Assembly: GCF_006345805.1 (NCBI RefSeq)
Contig: NC_043003.1
Span: 33,542,001-33,606,000 of the forward strand
Direction of reading: 5' to 3'
Length of the DNA stretch: 64,000 bases
DNA from: Octopus sinensis
Lineage: Eukaryota
The notes beneath the pieces were generated by a model. It did not search any database. It was given only the letters and a program-made list of their open reading frames with translations, and was not told the origin of the DNA. Shown here piece after piece: positions 12,887 through 24,903 of the stretch. How positions within the stretch are numbered: the first letter of the stretch is position 1; each line of letters starts with the position of its first letter. The position numbers were made by a program, and so were the translations under genes.

Positions 12887-13956
12887 GTATATATATATAT
12901 ATATAATATATAATAACAGTAAGAAGTAAATCTTTAATGATAATGGGATTATGTTGATCACACTGGCAGGAATAGCAGAACAAGTCATAAGCGACCTATT
13001 ACAATAAATATGCAACACGTGAAAGCATGTTATTCCTCTAAGAACCAATGATTAGGATTAAAAGACTCGAAAATTTTGAAGTACTGACATTTTAAAAATA
13101 TACCTCCTCATTCGAATGTAAACTGGAATCTGGCAACACCACTAATAATAACTCAAAAAGAATCTACGCTATTTATGATAAAGGAATTTGTGAAGTCATA
13201 CAAACCTGTTAATGAATAAATCTTTTTAATAATCTAGAACGTGGAAAGCGATGAATAAGATACAAAAACGTCTGTCATAGGAACACTGTAATTCTGACTT
13301 AACACGAGGAGAATAATTATTTTGTTATTAAATTAAAGTGAATCCTGCATTACCTTTAAATACCCCAAATAGTATTCTCATATGTTTCTAACTTCAGGCT
13401 AACATATATTAATAAAAACGAAGAGTATTGCAGCATAGGTGAAAACTTGTAAATTTCACAGAATTGCAACAATTTTGTATAATAGTTAATTGGCTAAGCT
13501 TAATTTAAGAATAAAACAATCAAATGTATAACGACTCCTTTTTATATTAATTTACATTCGTTAATTTTCAAATTTCTCTTCGTCAAGACCATGTGATTAG
13601 GAAAGACTGATCCACTAGAGGCGGCTGCATTTGGTCACATCGCTTCCTAGAAGTACATGCTAAATCTTCGTTTCATTTGTAATCTAAATATGCATACACA
13701 TATATACAAACACTCGCTTATTTATGCATATAAATATCTATCAATATATGTACGTATGTATGTGTATGTATATCCATATATTACTGTATATATATATATA
13801 TATGCCGAACTTAAATTACTTAGTAACCCTTAATTACTTAGTATTACTTAAACTTTCCTCGAATGAGGCTTTTACATGCCGAAATCTACTTGGTGAAATT
13901 AATTATTATTCCAAATTAATTAATTTCACCCTATATTATTACTGATAACCATATAT

Positions 13957-14002
<46 letters not shown>

Positions 14003-14089
14003 GTGTGTGTGTGTATATATGTGTGTATGGATGGATGGATATATGGGAATGAAATATTGAATGGGAAACAATGTCTTGATCTTAATTTT

Positions 14090-14141
14090 AAAGAAATACC
14101 AGCTGAATCCCTTGGTGAAGGGATTTAGCTGGTATTTCTTT
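14090..14141. repeat. Short hairpin (24-bp arms, 4-nt loop)
   Basis: AAAGAAATACCAGCTGAATCCCTT ggtg AAGGGATTTAGCTGGTATTTCTTT, with one mismatch. Confidence 0.85.
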
Positions 14142-14989
14142 CAAGTCACTCTACAATGTAACGGTATTCTTATGGACTTTGTTGGTTGCCATGACCATTG
14201 ACTGTTTTTGTGCAAACGTTTTAAACCTCAACGGATTCAAACGATCACCAATATATAGTATACAAACGTTGTTTACTTCACACATTACTGACTAGAAATA
14301 AATCAATAAATAAATAGATTAATAAAGAAAGGTGGAAAGATAATAACAATGCATATATAAGAAAAGCCAGTCTTAAAAACATTAATTGTAATGGTTTTAT
14401 ATTATGATGCAAAGTAACACTTAGACGCCGGTTCGTTTTGGCATTTTTCATATGTTGAGTATTATTGTTGGTGCGTTTCAGCTTTTCCTTTTATATTTCA
14501 GATTGACAAAATTTGTTTTCATAAACTAAAATGAGGAAAGATGCAAATGAAACTGTAAAAAAAAACAACAAAATGTCTATAATATAAATACTATAATACT
14601 ATTCTGACACGAGGAGAATAAGAATTTTTGTTTATAAATTAATTTTCCATTGAAGTTCAAATTTCTATTATATATTTTAATTATTTTTTTTGCCTTTCAT
14701 TTCCAATGTCTCCTTCGATTTATTGAGGTATCGGAGGTTTTTATTGATTTGCAATAAAACAAACAAAAATAACAGTAGAAATAATATTACAAAAATCAAA
14801 CTTTAAAATATCCATTTATGCAAATCACATATATTTTCGAACTAGTTTGTCCGAAATATTTTCTTGAAGTATGATGGATTCTTATGATGTAGAATGATCA
14901 AATAGTTGTTTCGCTTTTATAACATAATATATGTAGCAAATAGCTACACATACTTACACACATATTTACGTACACATACAGAAAGGCAC

Positions 14990-15017
14990 ATACACATATA
15001 GATGGATAGGTAGAAGG

Positions 15018-15048
<31 letters not shown>

Positions 15049-15077
15049 TATATAGATAGATAGATAGATAGATAGAC

Positions 15078-15124
<47 letters not shown>

Positions 15125-15190
15125 AACATATATAGACAGAGAGGTGGTTAGCTTGATAGACAGCAAGCGAGATAGATGAATATATACGAA
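14990..15190. repeat. (GATA)n/(GA)n microsatellite
   Basis: Direct reading of the sequence. Confidence 0.9.
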
Positions 15191-16489
15191 CGTATGTGTG
15201 TGTGTGCTCGCGCACGCCCGTCTTGAATTTGTCACAAAACACAGTTACAGCGCCGTTACGTTCTTCTTTGATAGACAAGAAATACAAGCTGACTTTCCCT
15301 CGAATAAGCACTTAAGCGATATTAGCAATATTATACCACGGTACATACATATGTGTGTGTGTATCTATGTGTGCGTGTCTGTGTGTATGTATTTATGTAC
15401 GTATGTATGTGTATGTATATATATAAATGTATGTATATATATTAATGATAACAATTTTTTACCGTGCTAGTGCCATTTGTAGCACCCTAAATTATTAATA
15501 TATATATGTATATATATCTATATACATAAATAGATGATATAGATATACGTATAAGCACATATAAATCTATATATATATATAGGAATGCTCACACATATGC
15601 ACATTCATACATATACGCACAAATCTGTGTGTGTGTGTGTGTGTGCATTCTCAGGAATATATATTATTTAAATGTTTACAATCATACATCGATGCAATTT
15701 TATTTTCTTACAAGAATGGTATTAAAAAGATCACATGCTACGTCTTTTAAAGGGAGACATGTGTACATCGTAGAAGGTGATTCTAATTATATTGTGTCTG
15801 GTAAGTGAAAACATATTGTAAAAAGACTCCGAAAAAAAGATATAATTTCATTTTCATCTATTGATTTATTTTTGGCGATGGTAGGATTGAAATATAGGCG
15901 ATGGAGCTACTAAAAATTGCAGACAAATTTCCCTTATAGAACGCCCTGGTAACTTAGAAAAAAAGAAAATCGTACATGAATATAGAACCAAGAAAAAAAA
16001 GACATTTTTACTTTGTAAATGGCTTGAACTTAGACAATATCCAAAATATTTCATTATAAACAATCCGAATATGTACTTTTGTGGATAAAAAGTCCGGCGA
16101 AAATGACTCTTTAAAAAGTGTAAAAATATTATACTTATATTTGGGAAATTTGACTGGCGACTTCGAGTGTCCTAATTTTAATTTAAGACTCTTTTTATAA
16201 GATGTTCTGTGCATAATAACGTTACTGACGCATGCGTCACGCAACTGTCAAGCGATCGAGTAGTCATGATACAGTGATGAAGCTAATAAAGTATGTACTT
16301 GTATACAATTTACGTCTAAGCAAATTCATTCACAAGATTTCTGTTGTTGAAAATGCAAATCCATAGCATGAAACAGTGGCACCGAAAATGATTTCGTCTT
16401 GTTTAAGAAGTGATCTTAAATATTCTGTAATAAATCGCATACATACATACCTACACACATAGAAATATGCACATATAAAGATATATATA

Positions 16490-16565
<76 letters not shown>

Positions 16566-16853
16566 GTCTGTGTGTATATATATATATGTCTGTGTGTATA
16601 TATATATATACGGGTGTGTGTGATTGTGTATAGAAGAATATATTAATAATTTTTGACAGTCAAAAATTGTGAAGCATGACTGTCACCACTACTTCATGAA
16701 CCTGAAGATTGCAGAATTTAATGCATGAAAGAACTAGTTCAATCAGAATAAACATTTAACATTCTATTATTTTATATTATATTATATTATATTATATCAT
16801 TATAAGATTGTAAATAAAACGTGAAAATCAGACAAGGTTGGAATTCCTTTTAT

Positions 16854-16890
<37 letters not shown>

Positions 16891-18341
16891 TATAGATATA
16901 GATAGATAGATAGATGATAGATAGATAGATATATAATTTTGAAGTAACATAACTAACAGACTACATTTCAGAGCAGCTCATTGCAGGTTAAACCGATTAT
17001 ATAATAAAAGACACTTGTCCAAATTATTGCGCAGTGAGTTCGAACTCTAAATATCGTGTTGCAAACCATTTCTTTTTACAACTCAGACAAGTCTGCACTT
17101 GTATGTACTCCAACGGAGGTAGACTGATACTACTTTTAGCAGGTTGAACGATTCCGTAGTGATTTTCACCCCTACATAGAGGACACATCTGAAGTATAAG
17201 AAGCATGAAACCAATTTAAATGAAATCAAAATCGTATCAACATGCAACACGTTTATTAGAGTAATTTTAACGTTAAATTATTTTTCCTTAAATACACGCT
17301 GCAAATAACTGTAGATCTTGGTACACACTCAAGTTTAGGTCACGCAAGCGAATTTTGGACTTAAAACTGAAGTGGTGTGGAATCAAATCCAGAATGCGTC
17401 ACAACCATTTACTGTCAAGTAATTGCGCTTCGCGTACCGGTTGTCTTGTTCGATACACTGTAGATAGTTTGCAAGTTCAAATCAGTAGAGTACATTTTCC
17501 TCTGTTCGTATTATCAATAGTGCAAAACAATATCATGTTATGTGCATGCTAAATATTATTGAACAACCTGATGATAAAAAATGAATACATATGGTTGTTC
17601 AATGTACGATACAAATATTAAAGATTATCCAAGTATTGGAATCGTCCTTTTAGTATTTACAACACAGAAGTGATCCCTACGCGATCGCTTGCTCTAATAC
17701 AGAGCAAAATTACCCTTGAAGCAGAATCACATTATTATAAATAATATGTTACATTGGTTAATATCTTATTAGACATTATCCAATATTTAAACCTGGGAAG
17801 ACCACGGCTAGAATGATTTTAAGAGCAACAGTAATAAGGAAAATAAGAAAAACAACGACAACAACATGAAATACATTTAATCATATGTTCAGCAAAACAG
17901 AATCTATACGATTAGAATTATTCATATAAAGGAGTGGAGTGATGTATTCTTATTATAATTTTCTTTTTTTCTCGCTTATCGTTGAAATGAATAAGGTTCG
18001 GAATGTTGTTCTCATTGACAAACACGAGAAGACTATAAAAATAGGTGTAATAAGAAATGTGAAACAATAATGCCATAAAATAAATTAAATTGAAGAAAGA
18101 ACAAAAAAAAAACGATGATAAATATATTTGATAAACAAAAATCTATCGATGAGTCACCATGTTTTCCTGCTATTTATTTCTTTATATTTTCATTATTAAT
18201 AAAAATATTTCAGACTTATATCTTCTTACTTTTCTATTTGAATTCTCGTTCATCTTTCTTATCGACAGCGCCATCAGTTGATTCAGTCTACATAGGGAAG
18301 AAAGCATTGCTTTTTTTATTATTATTAAAGTTGTGGAGTTG

Positions 18342-18500
18342 ACGAGCTGGTATAATCGTTAGCCTGCCAGACGAAATGCGTCATATTCTCAGTTCAAATT
18401 CCGCTGAGTTCGACATTGTTTCGGGCTCTTTAAAAATTCGGGCTTGAAAAAGCAAGTACCAGTCAAATATTGAGATCGATGTAAAGAGTTTAACCCCTAC
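18342..18500 (+). mobile_element. Degenerate CORE-type SINE
   Basis: GAGCTGG..ATCGTTAGC..GTTCAAATTCCGC..AAGTACCAG matches the 9983-10219 family. A second, more decayed copy lies at about 18555-18750. Confidence 0.7.
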
Positions 18501-19390
18501 ATAAAATATTGGAGGGGTAAATTCTTGTGTCTATAGAGGGAAGAATAATTACCGTGACAAGTTGGCAAAATCGTTAGCCTGTTGAAGATGCATTGGCTGC
18601 TTGAGTTCTTAGTTCAAATCCTAGTCAGGTCAACCACGCTTTACATTATTTCGTCCTTGTGAGGTTGGTAAAATAATGTAGCGGTCAAGTACTTGTAATA
18701 ATGTAATCAACAATCGCCCTTCTCCCTAAACTTGTTGCCTTTGTGCGAAATTTGAAAGAATTATCATCATAACAATAAAATTTGATATCCGTTTGAAGAT
18801 ATATATGTATGTATATATATATATATATATATATGAGTGTGTATGTGTGTGTGTACATTGTACATTTAACAACCTTAACTACGAATATAATTCATCAGTT
18901 TATCGAATAATAGTATTTAGCATGTTTAGTTTATGTTTATTAGGGGAAGGAATTATCGGTCCTTAATTTGTTACTGCGGAATGGGAAATTTTAAATGAAG
19001 TATTCAATCCTCCGATTGCTCCCCCACTGCCATCTCTCCGCTTTGTATGTCATCTCTTCTTACTCTCTCTTTCTTCACCCTCACTAACCCGCTTACATAT
19101 TCCCTTTCTCTACTTTTTACTCCTCCCATTCTCTTTTACCATCCAATCGTTAAAATTTGCTGTCTGCTAATTTCCCCTTCTGGCGAAGAAAGACAGTATT
19201 ACGTTATTATGCATCTATCTACTAGTGGCATAACCATGACTGTTAGCTCTTTCCATTATGCCAATTATAAACTGTACAGCTATTATATAATTCCGAGCTC
19301 TCAGAAACAGCTGTTGAGCTAAAAGCTATGATCTCTCCCCTTAGTTTCTGTATTTTGATACTCCATGAAAAAGTATATTCATTTATATTC

Positions 19391-19720
19391 GTGGCTCAGT
19401 GGTTAGAGCGTCGAGCTTACGATCGGGAAGTTGTGAGCTCGAATCCCGGACCGGCCTGCATGTTGTGTTCTTGAGCAAGACACTTTATTTCACGTTGCTC
19501 CAGTTCACTCAGCTGAAGAAATGAGTTGCGACGTCACAGGTGCCAAGCTGTATCGGCCCTTGCCTTTCCCTTGGACAACATCGGAGACGTGGAGAGGGGA
19601 GGCCGGTATGCATGGGCGACTGCTGGTCTTCCATAAAACAACCTTGCCCAGACTTGTGCCTCAGAGGGTAACTCTCTAGGTGCAAACCCATGGTCAGTGT
19701 CTGACCGAAGAGGGTCGCAC
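19391..19720 (+). mobile_element. tRNA-derived SINE (third family)
   Basis: A-box GTGGCTCAGTGGTTAGAGC and B-box-like GCTCGAATCCC, followed by a TGTGTTCTTGAGCAAGACACTT central block. Confidence 0.75.
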
Positions 19721-20014
19721 TCACACAAAATATCTATACGGATCAACATACATGTTTGTCTTCAGAATATATAAGGTTTTTATAATTATATATCAGCCTG
19801 TGTATAAATATGTATATTTATGCATGTCAAACTTAATCGTGTTCATCGACATTACTATCTGCTGATCAACTTATCTCGAGTTTTCTTACAGCCACTATTT
19901 ATCAGGAGAAATTCGCCCTCGCTCATGACATTAAATTCATGAGTTAAAATTCAAATTATTTGGAGCACTCGTATATATTTTCTATATTTAGCATCTCTAG
20001 ACCTCACCTATTGA

Positions 20015-20058
<44 letters not shown>

Positions 20059-22263
20059 AGAGTATCATTACTAGTTTAAGTAAACACTGTGACAATGCTA
20101 GTCTTGTCTGGGGAAGTCGTTACAGGCTAAGACCTGCTACAGCTACCATGTAAACTCAGTACTACTTATTTCATGGCCGAGTGGTCGGTAACTAAAGTGG
20201 TTCTGCACTTGAGTAGCTTGCTACGAGTGTGAGAAGGGTGACTGGTACACTTCGCAAGACTCGTTGAATGTTCTCTGGGATCTTTGTGGGCCAACGCACC
20301 TCAATAAGGCAAAGCACCTCAATATCTCTGCAAAAAAAATCACTATAAGAAAGACTGACCTAAGTGGCATTAAGGCTTCATCCGATTGGAGAACTCGCGC
20401 TTAGTCGGGAAGACGTTCGCTTTAGTGTCATCAACGCGCAGTAGAAACGTACGATACATAACAAGGACGAGTAAGAACGAAGGGGCTCGTTCGTGGTATA
20501 TTTGTGAAAATGGCATGAGTGGGATTTAGTATTTAATGATGACGAATACGTGTGTTTCTCTCCGGATGTTTGAGGAAGCTGTATATTTAATGACAACGGT
20601 TCGGAGCGAGATTAATTATTTCGTATATTTCGTATATTACATTATGTAGATGCTTATAATTGTTGTTGTCGTTTAGTGTATATACGGAAATAGCTGTACA
20701 AATAACTGAGCCCAAGGATATATAGTATACTTCATTTGACAGAGAGAGAACAGGAAAGTCCTCTCTCTATCAACTGAAATTGTGCGATTTGACAGAAGTT
20801 TCCGCTCCTAGGTGATAAGTTGTAGGAGAAGCCTAAAAACGTTGTCATGACTATAATGGTAGCTCTGCTAGAAAAGAAAATCTGTTAAAAATGATTTTAC
20901 TATAAAACATGAATAAATAAATAAAATCATGTTAATTAAAATTTCACTGATTATTATCATTCTGTTTATTGTTTCTATGAATGCATTTCTGCCGCATTCA
21001 TGGAAACAAGAGTAGGACTAAATGTCTGGCAATATTTATTTACATACGTTTATAATTTTCGAGTTTCTGGAGTTGATGAATAAGTCTAATCCGGTGTACT
21101 TTCTTTAAATATCTTGTTGTGTGTCCTTGTTAGAAACACATACCCGCTTCGATCATTTAGATGACTAGTTGTCATTGGGTGTTTCCAATCCTTTAGCTGG
21201 ATTTGATACTTCGTCCTTAATTTTTGAAAGCTTAAAACATTAAGATTAAGATGTTAATCCAGTCACGTATTGGATTAGGATTATAAACTCGGAGGTAAAT
21301 GCATTTAAATTTACATATAAAAAATATCTCCTGTCTGTAGAACTTCTTTATCAACACCAAGATAAATGCATATATAGTTATAGAACGATTTTAACTCTAT
21401 ATTTGTATGATATGAAAATGACTCCAGTAGAGATTGATATAAACTTCATACTGATACACCTAATTACAATTTTATAGAATGTTCTAATCTATACCAATAT
21501 AATATATACATAAATATATGATGACGAACTTTTATGCTAAACTTAGCATTAATATATCGCAAAAGAAGTATATTTTTTTAATATAATCAGTAAGTAATAC
21601 AGGGGATAAACAGAATACAAATATGAACATATTTATAAAGAAATCAGAAACAAAATATAAGAGTTTATCGACAGTCATATTAGATATCATAAGCTTGTGA
21701 AATCATATCCTAATGTGATTATATTTTTATCAGCATACAGGCTTATATTCTTGTAGCAAATAATACTGTATATCAAATATTAGCAACGGCATTAAAGTAA
21801 CATGAATATATATTTACTTAAAAATAAAGACATATATATATATATATAAATATGTAAGTAATCGAAGAGGCCATCAAATACATTAAATGATTTCATGAAA
21901 ATGATTGTCACGCGTTTCTTATTTAGGAAACAAAGAAAGAGAGAGAGAGAGGGAGAGAAATAAAGAAAAAAGCGAACTCAGTCAAAGAAAATTTCTAAGC
22001 TACCAGATGAAGAGATAGTGGTTTCATTCTTTCTAATATGATACATCACTCTGAAATCTCCGAAGGCTTCATTTAGTCCTTAAATTGCATAATCTCCCCT
22101 GCCCTTATATTACTGAGTTGCAATGATGTGCCACCACACAAAGCTGACACGCCAAATAATGCAAGGATCACTGCGAAATAATCAAATTATATTCCAAGAA
22201 TACGCTTTTTATGAAATCTAAAAACTAAAATTGTATATATACATTCATACATATACATACATA

Positions 22264-22580
22264 CATCATCATCACGTGACCGACCAGACTATCAGATGTT
22301 GTTACACATCGCTGGTCACAATGCGTTCGCATTGTTTTAGCCATCGAATGACACCACCCCGCTGGCTAAGCGAGCAGGCCAACAGAAGAAAGAATGAAAG
22401 AAAGAGTGCTGAAAGAGTACAGCAGGGATCACCACGCCCTGCCGGAGCCTCGTGGAGCTTTTTAAGGTGTTTTCGCTCAATAAACACTCCACTCACAGCG
22501 CCTGGTCTGGGAATCGAAACCGCGATCTTACGATCGCGAGCCCGCTGCCCTAACCACTGGGCCATTGCGTCTCCACTACA
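22264..22580 (-). mobile_element. tRNA-derived SINE (family A)
   Basis: The minus strand has the head GTGGAG.CGCAATGGCCCAGTGGTTAGGGCAGCGG..GGTTTCGATTCCCAGACC. Confidence 0.9.
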
Positions 22581-22632
22581 TACAGACATATCTATATATA
22601 TATATATATATAATATATATATATATATATAC

Positions 22633-22663
<31 letters not shown>

Positions 22664-22684
22664 CTATATATATATATATATATA

Positions 22685-22753
<69 letters not shown>

Positions 22754-22756
22754 TAT

Positions 22757-22827
<71 letters not shown>

Positions 22828-22877
22828 ATATATATATATATATATAGATATATATATATATAATATATATATATATA
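22581..22877. repeat. Long imperfect (TA)n microsatellite
   Basis: Direct reading of the sequence. Confidence 0.95.
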
Positions 22878-23114
22878 TGTAGTGGAGGCGCAATGGCCCA
22901 GTGGTTAGGGCAGCGGACTCGCGGTCGTAAGATCGCGGTTTCGATTCCCAGACCGGGCGTTGTGAGTGAGTAGTGTTTATTGAGCGAAAACACCTTAAAA
23001 AGCTCCACGAGGCTCCGGCAGGGCGTGGTGATCCCTGCTGTACTCTTTCACCACTCTTTCTTTCACTCTTTCCTCTGTTGGCCTGCTCGCTTAGCCAGCG
23101 GGGTGGTGTCATTC
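22878..23114 (+). mobile_element. tRNA-derived SINE (family A), 3'-truncated, inverted relative to 22264-22580
   Basis: Same head and body on the + strand. Confidence 0.9.
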
Positions 23115-23140
23115 TCCATATATATATATATATATATATA

Positions 23141-23230
23141 TGGAGAATCCTAGAAAATCTAGGTTCCCACATAGACGGGACCAAACGCTGTAAATTATGT
23201 ATAGCTAACCGGTCAAGGATTTTGCAATTT
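23141..23230 (+). mobile_element. Inverted fragment of the adjacent PLE endonuclease C-terminus
   Basis: Encodes WRILENLGSHIDGTKRCKLCIANRSRIL, versus WKTLENLGPYMNGTKRCKLCIAKRSRIL on the minus strand at about 23745-23830. Confidence 0.85.
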
Positions 23231-23459
23231 ACTTAATCATTGATATTTTATTGTTATTTCAATTTTGATATTTCTATTATATGTAATTTTCTAGATGGTG
23301 AAATTTAATTGTTCTTTTTGAATTGATAAAAGGTGGTTTTTTTTCTAATTTTATATATATATATTATATTGTGTGAAATTTGATTTAGTATTTATAAATT
23401 GATTTTTTCCCTGTAAGTTTTGATTTATATTCCCTCAAATAATAATTATATATATATAT

Positions 23460-24175
23460 AACGTGGGTTTCACGTCCATAAAGTTCTTAGCTTTACGGTG
23501 TATCATTAGATCCCAAAACCTGTTGGCTTAATGCCTCTCTAGCGAGTAGCCTCTCTAGAATATGGAAACACTTCGCTAATCAATTTCAACAACAGGGGAT
23601 TATCTTCCTTCGGCTATCGATCGCAAGTGACCGTTATCTTTGGGTGCCAATAGGCAAGTAGGAGTTTCCTGAAATGCAAGCATGGTCCGAAGACTTCCGT
23701 TCTGGAGTTAAGGATGTTCCCCAGGTTGCGGGAGTTCTTTAGAATCCTTGACCTTTTAGCTATACATAATTTACAGCGCTTGGTCCCGTTCATGTAGGGA
23801 CCTAGATTTTCTAGGGTTTTCCATGATATTGTGTATTGTGTCCCGTCGTATTTCTGCTGCCATGCATAGCTGGCTAGTGATGTAAAGTATCTCTTTTCCA
23901 ATATCCCGAAAGAGAAAATGTGGTTGAAGAGGCGTTCTTTGAACGTGTTCCCGGAGCAGCCAATATATTTTTGTTGTCGGGTGTTGGCGTTGCTGTGTCT
24001 GTTGGTGGTGCCGTTGCTACTACTGCTGTTGTCTGTACTGGCGCTGATAGTGTTGGTGTCACTGGAAGTGACGATGGTATTGGTAATGGTGCTGTTGTTG
24101 ATGGAGGCGCTGTCACTGCTATTATAGATATCATTGGTAATAGCTGTGCTGCTATTTTTGTTAGAGACACTGCCT

Positions 24176-24207
<32 letters not shown>

Positions 24208-24835
24208 ATTGTTGTTGTTGTTGTTGTTATCGCTGGTGATGGTGCTGCTGCTGGTTCAGTTCATGTCTCTGTTGTTGCTACTATTGGAACTGTCGAATCT
24301 CCTATTGTGGTAGTCGTTGGGGGAAATTGCCGATATTGCTGCTACCATTAGGGATCCTGCTATTGCTGTCATTGATGTTGTTATCGCTGGCGATGTTGCT
24401 GCCGCTGATTCTGTTCGTGTCTCTGCTGCTGCTGGTACTATTGGTATTGTCCCTGTTACTGTAGTAGCCGTTGGGGAAGGTACTCATGTTGCTGATGCTA
24501 TTAAGGTCGACTTCAACCTCAACTTCATAGACGACCCCCTTAGTTTCGCAGAGGCCTCTCACTGGGCATCTGTCGTGGTTCCTGCATGAGCATCCTACCT
24601 CTGCTCGTGGTCTAGGCGTCCTTACTACAATGCTCTTAATATTGGGGGGGGGGGGGGCACAGCTAAAAGGGACCCTAAGCCTCTGCCTGTTGAAAATGCA
24701 TTTGTACCTATGTGAATGTGTGAAGTGGGGAGTGGGGAGTAAACCAAATAATATTACTGCGGCGCTTCCTTCAACGAACGTCGGGGCCCGACATGTAGGA
24801 GATGCGGTCCCTAAATCCGCTAGCAGCTACAGCTA
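23460..24835 (-). mobile_element. 5'-truncated Penelope-like element (possibly Naiad-type): post-RT region plus GIY-YIG endonuclease
   Basis: Minus-strand frames give RKRRSNIIWFTP, HRYKCIFNRQRLRVPFSCAP..NIKSIV, CSCRNHDRCPVRGLCETKGVVY, KYIGCSGNTFKERLFNH and TISWKTLE..KRCKLC..ILNSRTEVFGPCLH. The clade label is from recalled motifs, not a search. Confidence 0.85.
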
Positions 24836-24837
24836 TA

Positions 24838-24900
<63 letters not shown>

Positions 24901-24903
24901 GGA

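Noticed and set aside
13230-13290. Minus-strand peptide DVFVSYSS resembling TIR box 1
   Set aside because: A stop follows within a few codons and there are no further TIR motifs.
16226-16239. 14-bp palindrome TGACGCATGCGTCA (CRE/NRF1-like)
   Set aside because: A single short motif with no supporting promoter or transcript evidence.
17024-17206. ORF with C-x2-C-x28-C-x2-C-x3-W, resembling a TFIIS-type zinc ribbon
   Set aside because: The second CxxC..W and the C-terminus overlap a decayed SINE head (AAAAGACACTTGTCCAA.. at about 17009-17085), so the motif is likely coincidental.
19391-19460. tRNA-like sequences at SINE heads (also 22880-22955 and 56920-56990)
   Set aside because: They have A/B boxes but continue into SINE bodies and lack a complete cloverleaf; not tRNA genes.
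20060-20620. Relatively GC/CpG-richer island as a promoter or first exon
   Set aside because: Only a reversed CCAAT-like word; no ORF or splice pattern to support it.
23461-23514. Hammerhead-like CTAATGA..hairpin..GAAAC at the 3' end of the minus-strand PLE
   Set aside because: The core is mutated and there is no stem I partner because the sequence runs into (TA)n; at best a relic.
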